From Auanema rhodensis (taxonomy: Eukaryota > Animalia > Nematoda): a stretch of DNA of 64,000 nt. A program made the position numbers and the translations under genes. The notes beneath the pieces are model-generated. The model had not been told where the DNA came from. It did no database searches and saw only the letters and a list, made by a program, of their open reading frames with translations. Below, one piece after another: positions 54,901 through 64,000 of the stretch. The DNA lies in assembly GCA_964057225.1 (NCBI GenBank), contig OZ059894.1, positions 9,052,001 through 9,116,000 of the forward strand. Direction: 5' to 3'. The stretch's first letter is position 1. Every line of letters begins with the position of its first letter.

Positions 54901-57900
54901 AATTATAGTTTTACAAGAGAGGCTTAAACGAAATAGAGATAAAGGATGGGAAAACTGGTGAGTTAATGGGTAGCACAGTAGCGTATGCTACCAACGTTCA
55001 CTGACAAAGAGAGATGTATAGTTAGTTCCTCCTTCTTTTTTTCGAAAAGAAAAAGTTGGAATGATTATATAAACCATTGAAAACGTTAAATAACCAAGAG
55101 TCATGGTAAAGCTTCAAACTACTCTCATGGGAGCATTAACAACCAGTCAGTCTGCGAACCCTAGAATTCTCTACATTCCATTTTCTTCACCTATTTTCCT
55201 ATTTTTGAGAAAGTTCTCGATTCGAAAATTTGTTTTTTCGTTTTCGTTTCTGGTTTTTATTTGAACTTTTCTTTTTATCTTAATGTACATACATACCTAG
55301 AAGGATAATTCTCAATTGATCCAACAAAACTCTTATGAATATACCGTTATTCGTCACTTGATAGAAAACAACATAAAAATAAAAGAAACAAAACGGATAT
55401 GTGAGAAATGTTTAAATCCAAAAATAGAAAACAGTGATTTTTGCATCATAATAAAGGTACGAAACTTCTTTCTCATTACTTTAATTTCATACTAATTGAG
55501 TTTAACACCATAATGTTGTTATTCGTTCTTCGCACTCTCAGTATTTTCTTGACAGCACAATAATGGCACTTTATTCTATATTCTTTGCCTTACTTTCTCT
55601 CTCTATCTATCTTATTCTTCTTTTACTTCTTCTTATCACTCCCTCGTTCGTTCTCTCAGATATTTGAAGATTTTCGGATGAAAGGGAATAAAACATGGGT
55701 GTGTACTTCATCTCTTCAAGTAGTTAAACTGCTTGTTTAGAAAAAAATGTTTCTGATGTCTTATGGGTCATTGCTAGACGCACTCTGTCTTCTTCTTGTG
55801 TTCCGAGACTGAATACTTTTAGATGTAAACTCGAAACATACATTGTATCTAATACATGCAGAGTAATTAACTCATCTTCGAATCATATAATTAAAACAAA
55901 TAATCTTAACTATATGATCTATATTCACATTTCATTCTTAATCATTCCAAATAATATTTGTGATTTTCGTTTTCAAAAACTTCACGTGCGCCACGTGAAC
56001 TGCGGCAGACGCATTTTGCTTTTAAGCGTCGCACTAAACGGTTAGCTTCTTCCTCTTCAACACCTCTCTCATTTTTTTTCCATTTCAGCATCTTCATGTA
56101 TTTCTAATTCTTTTATTTCATATTTATGATTAGAGTATGTTCATTAATTTGAAAAATAATATGAATTTCATATTCTGGTAAGATATTGATATCTCGTGTT
56201 TTTTTTTTCGAAAACCTTTTTTTTTCGTTTAAACTACTCAAATATTTAAAGCAAACTATTTTTCAAAATATGAACTATTCTGTGAATGTTTTCAACCAAT
56301 TTAGTTGTCCTTTAGGATAACTCATCGTTTTTTGTTGTTTTTGATGCCATTGTAGTACATTATACACCTCTTGTAGTTCTATTAACCATTTTATACACAT
56401 ATATTCTCAATATATATCTCAATAATATAATTTTTTTTATCTTAAAATGTTTTTTGTATCACTATCTATTACGTTATAATATACGTTACAGATTTGAAAG
56501 TTACAAAAATGAAAAAATCGCGTCGATGAACTACGATTATGGCCAATACAAGTCTCCCAAACTGTATCGTGATACTTCCCAATCCAGAACCTTATGTGTA
56601 AATTTATAATAATTTAATTTTTGAACATAAAGGAAGGTATGTTCAGACAATTTTCACAAATTGTGAACGGATGGATGACGACGATTTGCGTCGTGTTGGG
56701 AAGTTCCTTCAATATGCATGGTATACACAGCGTTATCATGAATGCTGACAAAGTGAGAAGACAGATGATTATTGACAACTCACTTCGATATTACAGAATC
56801 GTGGAGTTGTCCTAGGCGTTTCAATGGTTTTTCTGGGATTATGGGATACGGTTCTATTATGGTGTGCCTTCTTCTATTATGGTATCAAGCATATGCCATT
56901 TGGCTTCGTAACTTCTGAAATTCTGAACCAGCTCACACCATGGTTTCATGCATTTTCTCAGATTGCCAATACAGCTTCAGTAAGTAATTTTTCATGGCTT
57001 TGTTTCATTTTATGAAAGCCAATACTACTAAAAACACTAAGTTCGGACTGAAAGACATATTCAAGTTGCTGTGACAATACCAAGTTACTTTCACCCAAAC
57101 GTGAACGAACAAAAAAACTTATTTGAAATTAGTTTAAAGGAAATTCTTCCGCATAAGTATTAGAATAAAGTTGTTATATATGCGATTTTTGAACTAACAA
57201 CTTAGCCAGAAAGCGTCTTGCAGACTTAATGCTGCTGCTCTTCAAGCTTTACCACATAATGACGGGTTTCCGTTCTGAATACTTGATTGCACGTTAAATT
57301 CTCCGCATGGAACTTGACATCCAAAAATTTGCACAACCATATGCTAATCAGAGGATACAGAGAAAAGTTCGAAACTTTTTAAAACTTTTTTCTTTTCATT
57401 TAGCGCAAAAAGTTAAAATAGAATATATGATTGCCGAATAATTCAAACTTTTTTGAATAAAATGAAAGAGATTTTGTGTATGAGGAGGGAAACAAAATTT
57501 CCACAAACAGATTTCTCAGATTTTATGAGAATATACATTACAGATATGGTGTGTAGTAGCTATTACTCTACAACGATTCATGGCTACAAGAGATCCGTTT
57601 CGTTCTAGTAGGTCACCAGCATTTGCTCACTCATTTCGTAGTGAACGACGTATCTCGTTCATTTCATGTTCAACATATCGACGACTTTTACGGTATATTT
57701 ACAATATAATAGCTAATATAATAAATTATTGTGATTATAGAATGCCTTTCATACTCTCAATCTGTGCCATAATTATAAATGTTCCAGCTTTTTTTGAGAT
57801 TATAGCTCAAGCTTGCTACAACAAAACGCTTAATCGGATGTCGGTTCATGTAAGTTTTCAACTTTGACATTAACTTTGAAATCAATTAATAAGCAGAGAA

Positions 57901-60900
57901 TATGAACATAAATATATGTTATAGCTAATTGTGACACCATTTCGACGGGATGCTGTTTATAAGATGTATCGACTGCTATCTCGTATGATACTTATATCAA
58001 TTGGTCCTAATATATTCATATTATGTAATTTATAAATTATTATAATCAAGTTGGAATATGCTTTTTTCCAGGCATCACGCTCATCACAATCTACATTCTA
58101 AAAGGCTCCAATCGTTCTAGAAGGCAGTTATTTCAAATGAGTGATATGCTGATAGAACGACACGCTTCAAGGTTAGTAAAACTTTTATAAGTTTTCATGA
58201 AATAATTATTATATTTTGATTTTATTTTTCAGGGAAACCACGCAAACCTGGATTTCTATCATACTTGTTTTTAAGTTTTTACTACTTCGAAGTTTAACAT
58301 TTGCGGTAAATTTTAAATATAGCTTGAAATAATAAATTTGTAAATCTTTCAGCTGGATATAATGGAGATGACTATTGGTGTAACAAATTTTTTTGTTGTG
58401 GATATTAGCAATTTTTTACTTATTCTTAATAGTGCTACGAATTGTATTCTATTTTTGAAGGTAATACAACTTAAAAAGCTTAAATTGACGGACAAGCTTA
58501 TCAATGATGTTACTAATCCAAACTTTTCTTAGGCTAAACAATGGATGGATAATCGATGGCATGAAAAGAAAACAATCAAACGTAAGAAAACATTATGTGA
58601 TGCTAGGTATAAAATCTGTTCTTGATGGCAATTATTTTTATTTGTTACAGTCTTTTGCAAGGAGAGAGAGCAGCAATTCTTCATAAAAGTTGGCAAAATG
58701 CTCTGGGGATGACAAATGGCCAGCTTGGCTTGCGGGTTCTGTACTCTATGCTCAGAAAGCATCCAGCATTATTTAATGTTTTCCGGATGCCAAATCAAAC
58801 CATATATTCTACAGAAAAGGTTTGAATACTAGCATTATGAGTATTACAATCATTATCTGCTTTATAGTGTCCCGCAGAACCAGAGCTTGTAGCCCTGCTG
58901 ACAAATGGTCAACGAAGAAGCTTTGATATTATAACAAATACCAAGTAAGTAATTTGTTAATGAGCACTACTTGATGGTATTCGTTATTGTTTTCTCTTCA
59001 GATATCAAGAAGTAGCTGATAGGATAACCTCTTTCATTACGGAAATGATTGACCTCATGATGAGAGGACAACCCGAAGACGTAAGATCAAATCTGATATT
59101 TCATTCACAAAAATGACCAAAAATCTCTTTTTTTCAGTATGTAGTTATGAGAGTCCGTCGTATTGGAGCTATTCATTACGATAAAGGAATTCATTTCTCA
59201 TCGTCAGTGTGGAAAGAATTCAAAAATAGCACAATATCTATTATTGCCGAATGTGATTTCGATTCTCAAGTGGTATGTGCATGTAGTCATAAGCAATACA
59301 ATCAAATTCAATGAAATCATATTTCAGGAACGAGATGCGGCTATGGACGCATGGAATATCTTCACTTCATTCATAATACGGGAAATGAAAATGGGCACCT
59401 GGGCCATTGGCGAGACACTTGGTACTATGCCCTGATTCAATATCAAATTCATAATCATGATTCTTAATATATTAATTTGTTGTATACTATTTCAATTCCT
59501 CAAATATTTTTCCTCAATAGATTTAAAGCAGATAGTTATAGATTTACTATTTTTTTCATATTTCATTGAATAGTTTTCAATTCAAACATGAACGAAAATA
59601 GGTTTTAGATACTCATCTTCACTAGATTAATAGCTTAAAGTTTAGGCTTTAGCGATTTTTTTCTTTTTTTAAACGGAAATCTAGAAGACGTATCTATATG
59701 AACACTGAGAATACGATATACTATATCTCATATCAGATCTCAGCAGTATCGTCATTTCGCCAGTTTTTTTAAACAAAAAAACAAACTTTATTTGTATTTC
59801 AAAGAATTGTAGTTACAATTCTGTAGAAAGTTATAAGATGAACTTGAAAAAAAACAACTTTTCGAACATGTTTGAATTGAAATTCAAGATTTTTAACTTC
59901 TGTGTTTCATCTTCTGCTATTAGAGAGAACACTGTGTATACATACATATACGCTACTCATTGCTTATTACTCAAAATAGTTTGGTCCCGCCACTCTAAAT
60001 ACGGGTTTTCTTTATCAATAATCCCTCCGACTAATTCAGTTGTCAATTATGATCTACATGTAATTTTTATGAACAAAGTTCGTGTCTTTGTCTTCATCAG
60101 ACATCATTCTGATCTCTCAAAAAAAAATACTTGGAATCAATCAAACACATCTACCCAATTTCACATCTTACTTTTGTATAATTTTTTGTTTATTTTATAG
60201 TATTTTTTACTGAAAAATATAAAATTACCAGGTATGAGAATTCGATGATTTGTTTTTTTAACTACGATTTTTTATATATTAAAGTTTTTTTTAAAGTTGT
60301 TCGTACCCGATTATCATATCGAAACTGTCCGATCGTTGTAACATTATCCAGATAGAGTTGAGCACTTCCTTTGTTAAAGACAACTTCATCCTGAAATTAT
60401 TCAAAGATTTTTCCGATTTGAGGATAACAAACTTACATTTGCTCCCGGTATCAACTTCATATGAAGAAATGGAAATTCACCAACAATGATCCAGTTATGG
60501 GGATCATGAAAAGATCCGAAATATATTTCAGGCTCAAAAAATACATCTGAAAAACACAGAAAGGTTTAAACATTTGAAATTACAACTAACGCTCTGGGCT
60601 TTTCCGTCTCTGACATTGGTGAGATCCTTGTTTTCCTATAATACAGTTGTCATTAAAGTATATGACACCTGTATCAGAAAGATCTATCTGGCTTACCTAA
60701 GAAAATAATTGAAATAAATTGAAATACAAAAATCTCACATCAATATCACTATCCAGAACAGCAACAGTTAGCTTTTCTTCTTCAAAAACTATATGATCAC
60801 CTTAAAAATCATACGAAATTGCATACAAATCATCAAGATATCTAACCTGCACAAGGAGTTCCTTCATTCATCCAATTAGCAATTGAACTAATTTGATTAT

Positions 60901-60970
60901 TTGGTACGAATACATACTTTGATCCCAACGAGTATTGTAATAAATATATAAATATTAAGAATAAAATCAT
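35480..60970 (-). CDS. amn: Amnionless (cubilin co-receptor, type I membrane protein), 16 exons, 518 aa
   Basis: Minus-strand exons in 5'->3' order: 60970-60847, 60800-60739, 60696-60591, 60546-60437, 60390-60307, 37515-37459, 37406-37257, 36808-36737, 36665-36572, 36490-36426, 36352-36266, 36207-36111, 36066-36001, 35956-35866, 35819-35693, 35644-35480. All GT-AG, phase-consistent, 1557 nt. The signal peptide is followed by SKYVFVPNNQISSIANWMNEGTPCAGDHIVF (cf. vertebrate AMN [25 protein letters not shown]). Further matches: FHDPHNW...IPGANDEVVF, Cys-rich VWC segment CPYIPCESRAECIDRVKPTGHCCSICGG, TM SIIIGSILFLIIISTITL, and cytoplasmic IQNPMF (FxNPxF-type endocytic signal). The exon-8 acceptor (aaatagctag) is weak. 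Confidence 0.92.
44473..44571. repeat. (CT)n microsatellite, interrupted
   Basis: ~100-bp CT run with CTTT interruptions. Confidence 0.95.
55981..55999. promoter_or_regulatory. Palindromic double E-box (TTCACGTG-CGC-CACGTGAA) ~540 bp upstream of the glb-33 start
   Basis: A perfect 8-bp inverted repeat of two CACGTG cores in a locally GC-rich patch upstream of the gene. The function is inferred only. Confidence 0.4.
56539..59435 (+). CDS. glb-33: 7-transmembrane (FMRFamide-receptor-like GPCR)-globin chimera, GLB-33 orthologue, 15 exons, ~546 aa
   Basis: Exons: 56539-56595, 56633-56752, 56797-56979, 57544-57692, 57741-57849, 57925-58024, 58072-58171, 58233-58305, 58353-58460, 58533-58606, 58651-58819, 58868-58944, 59002-59080, 59138-59272, 59328-59435. 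Seven hydrophobic segments carry rhodopsin-family marks (TM1 GSSFN, TM2 LGLWD, TM3 ANTASIWCVVAITLQRF, TM4 IINVPAFFE, TM7 SNFLLILNSATNC). A globin fold follows: A-helix ILHKSW, B/C GLRVLYSMLRKHPALFNVF (CD1 Phe), F-helix RRIGAIHYDKG (proximal His F8), G SVWKEF, H DAWNIFTSFIIREMKMG. The first exon and start codon are ambiguous. Confidence 0.93.
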
Positions 60971-62214
60971 GATTAGAGTTGGTATGTGACCTCAGGTAGA
61001 CTGAATAAAGTAAATCAATGAGGCAGCCTTGTGCAATTTGATCCACCTAAAATGATGCGTAATATAAACAATTTTTATAAACACATTACATTTCTATCCG
61101 TAAAATATAATAAAAAATTAATTTAATTATAATAATTATTATAATAATTTGTTTTTATTTATTTTCGACATTATTATATTAAATAATATTTTTTTTATTT
61201 TATAGTCAACTTTGCTTTTTTTTAGTTTGCAATGCTCTTTATAGATTTAAAAAAACTTTTGCTAAATTCTTAACTGAATACAGAGAGCTCAAAAATTGGC
61301 TGATTTTTAAATTTTTTTTCCAGTTTTGAAAGATATTTCATTTATTTTTCTGTCATTTTTTGCTGAAAACGGTCTGTCAGAATTTAGATCTTTTGTTTGA
61401 TTTTACTCAAGCTATAACTCGAAATTTTTTGAAGTTTAACTTTCTATATTATATATTTATATAAATATATAAAAATATAAAAAGTTTTGAAACATTCTTG
61501 AACAATATCTAAACTCTTAAGTTTTACATAAAATATTGTGAACTAGAAAGATTAATCACGAAAAAGTTACTCACTCTCTGAACCATAGACATATTACTAG
61601 TTGCTTAAAACTAACGAGTATTTCATAGCTAAGCTTTATCTTCCTCTATCTATTGTCAGAATGGGCCAATCGCACAAAATGTGGTATTAATCTGATCTAG
61701 TTCTCGAGCTTTGTTTAACCAACAATACTTTGTGTCGCTTTTCAAACTGACAAAAATTGTTCTTTCTCTTGTAATGTATTTGCTAAATGCTTATGTTTTA
61801 AATATATATTTTTAATTTTTAGAATACTATCTGTACATTCGATAATTGAATTTTTTCTAATTTTCTTGTTAGTTCATATATTTCATTTTCTTAGTCTATG
61901 CTGATTTATTTGGTGATCAATCAATAATCAAACAATAAATTAACATATGTAAAGTTAACAATATTTTTTTTCAGTCTTCATATTCCTTAAAGAGTGGTTG
62001 CTTTCTATTCAATTTGTTCTTTTAATACAATTTTATGAATAGTTTTCAATATATTCTTTCATTTCAAACTTTTCACTATACAGTTGGCGTGCAATGAAAA
62101 ATGGGTAACACTTGAATATATTTGTTACGTACTTGGTTCAATTCATCGAGACACTTGTATTCCACGACCCTTGCTGCTTTATCTTATTATTCCTTGACTC
62201 CAATTTTGGAAACA

Positions 62215-62872
62215 ATGCAAGAAGCTAGAGAAAGATTGGAAAAGTTCAGGAAGCAACATCAATCGGAAGAAATTAAGAGCACAGAGGCTCAGGATGACAA
62301 TAACGAGCATGTATGTTTTTCACTACATGTTATTCCTCAATATATTCAGTATTGTTTCCTTTGAGTTTGGCTAGACACCATGGATCATTAAGTTCCTTCT
62401 TTTAGGCGGATTCTCCAATGCCAGCTTCAAATTCAACTGGGATTTTGTCGCTTTTGGATATCGACTTGCTTGACAGCGCGCCGTTTCGGTTGTGGCGTCG
62501 GTGCTATGAAGCTGATTCAACGAAAACTTTAGTCATAACACTGCTTTTATATGTAATAGGACAAGCTTTCTTTTTATGGTGAGGTTTTTCAGCCCTAATA
62601 GTTTATTATGATTTAATTTGGAAAACTTAATTCATTCTTCTGAAGGGTTCAATTTGGAGCTGTGTATTTTGTTTTTTCCGTGCTGATTGCCATTTGTCTA
62701 TCTCTGGGAAAAAGAAATAGCAACGAGGTTGATGCAATTTACTAATTTATTCCATATATGTTATTTGTAGGTGTCTGCGTATTCAGTTTTTAATCCTCAA
62801 TGCAAACGGTTACTAGGACAAATGACTGCAGAACACTTTGAGCGAGATGTTTTAATGAAAAAAGTTCGTTAG
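62215..62872 (+). CDS. saysd1: SAYSvFN domain-containing protein (SAYSD1 homologue), 4 exons, 150 aa
   Basis: Exons 62215-62310, 62406-62578, 62646-62727, 62771-62872; GT-AG and in phase. Translation MQEARERLEKFRK...hydrophobic hairpin LVITLLLYVIGQAFFLWVQFGAVYFVFSVLIAICLSL...GKRNSNEVSAYSVFNPQCKRLLGQMTAEHFERD contains the literal SAYSVFN family motif. Confidence 0.93.
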
Positions 62873-63713
62873 GTAACAATTTTCTGGGTACGTTTTAATT
62901 GTTGTACATTACATATTTTCATTTGCATTCAATTTCTTTTATACGTAGCCTTATCATAGAAATTTGCCATAATATTTTTCTTTTTTTGATTTTTATTTCT
63001 CTTCAGTTTTTACTGTTCAAAGTGAGTTAAATTATCTTTGGTTATGCGTAAGAAAGATCGATTATTCTCCGTCTAGTGGACACGTAAACCCTCTTACGGA
63101 CTGTTGTGTTTGTTTTAGGAAACCGAGTCTAACATTGCTCTTCTTTTATTTCTAACGTTCGAACACTATTGTTCGGAAAATTTTGAATTTTCATAATCTA
63201 TAATTCTTACGCATTTTCTCTTAACTATTATACTAAAGGTGTCATTATATATAATTACGGTGGTTTTGGTTTGAAAGCTTAATTGTTACACATATTTTTT
63301 ATTTTTTAAATATCATTTTATATCTAAATATTCATTTTCACTTAGTCTTACACATATATAATAATTTATAATTGATGAAGTAGCACATTAATTCAATTTT
63401 ACAATCGAAGTTTGTTACTTCCCTCAGTTTTATATCATTCGTATCGAGTTCAAATATTTTTAAAGATATACTATGCATTTTTAGAAGAAAACTTCGTTAA
63501 TTCCTGAAATAGCTTGGAGTAATACGATTCTGGTCAATAAAGTATAAATATAGCCTAGTAGTTCTTCAGCAATTAGCCCAGCAAGTTCAATGCTTGCCTC
63601 GGTTACCTTATCCTTTAAATCAGTCCCTATATATATTATAGTATCAATTAGTATAGAATTTATTTTGTTTATATATTTAAATCTTTTATAATGCATTGTT
63701 CAGAATCATAGTA

Positions 63714-64000
63714 ATGGTTCTTGATGTTCGACTAGAAGAAAAAGAGGTTAAAAACTTCGGATCCGAATTTGTTACGGTTTGTAAATTTATTGTTTGAATC
63801 AAATGATTGTACAGTTCAGAAGTTTGAACCAGGTAACTCGACCTGGGGCTGTGAACCATATTGTAATTTCTATGCAAGGATGAAGCTGCAACAAATAAAG
63901 TAATATCGCTTTGGAAAAATATGTCATATATAATTTTTTAAATTTAGTGATTATGCTATTCTAGAAGTAGAAAGATCTCCCGAAGGATGGGGTAATGATA
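63714..64000 (+). CDS. 5' part of an unidentified protein-coding gene (runs off the window)
   Basis: Acceptor ttgttcag lies 10 nt before ATG 63714. Exons 63714-63776, 63820-63899 and 63948->64000 are separated by 43- and 48-nt GT-AG introns, typical sizes here. The frame is open: MVLDVRLEEKEVKNFGSEFVTKFEPGNSTWGCEPYCNFYARMKLQQINDYAILEVERSPEGWGND. No family recognised. Confidence 0.6.

Larger units (their letters stand above)
37516..60306 (-). other. Giant (22,791 nt) phase-0 intron 5 of amnionless hosting the antisense glb-33 gene
   Basis: Donor gtacga follows ...GQFRYDNR and acceptor ttttttcag precedes SPTTRSFLES...; the joined sequence continues the Amnionless alignment without a gap. Confidence 0.85.

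Noticed and set aside
61281-61430. MITE-like internal phrases (gagctcaaaaatt, ctgaaaacgg, ctataactcgaaa); similar patches at ~1370-1650 and 57100-57400
   Set aside because: No terminal inverted repeats, target duplication or second copy could be delimited within the window.
63481-63877. Two minus-strand ORFs at the window end
   Set aside because: There are no usable GT donors on the minus strand. The plus strand gives a coherent three-exon model with typical intron sizes.
1-64000. tRNA, rRNA, CRISPR arrays or prokaryotic operons
   Set aside because: None seen. The sequence is intron-rich eukaryotic DNA with no repeat-spacer array or recognisable structured RNA gene.

Overview
AT-rich eukaryotic genomic DNA, almost certainly from a nematode: most introns are 42-52 nt, acceptors are TTTCAG-type, splice acceptors sit just upstream of start codons, and a glb-33 orthologue is present. 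The ORF track is mostly noise from microsatellites and intron read-through, so genes were rebuilt by hand from GT-AG boundaries, with exon phase checked at each junction. The window holds four complete genes and one partial gene. (1) A 431-aa synaptotagmin (+, 13926-34592) whose transmembrane exon is separated from the rest by a 16.6-kb intron that carries an internally deleted DD34D mariner. (2) A 518-aa Amnionless (-, 60970-35480) split by a 22.8-kb intron. (3) A ~546-aa 7TM-GPCR-globin chimera (glb-33-like, +, 56539-59435) nested antisense inside that Amnionless intron. (4) A 150-aa SAYSvFN-domain protein (+, 62215-62872). (5) The 5' end of an unidentified gene (+, from 63714). The main finding is the nesting of a heme-binding GPCR-globin within the cubilin co-receptor gene. 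Further findings are a frame-preserving cryptic exon in the same intron and a dispersed paired E-box palindrome.
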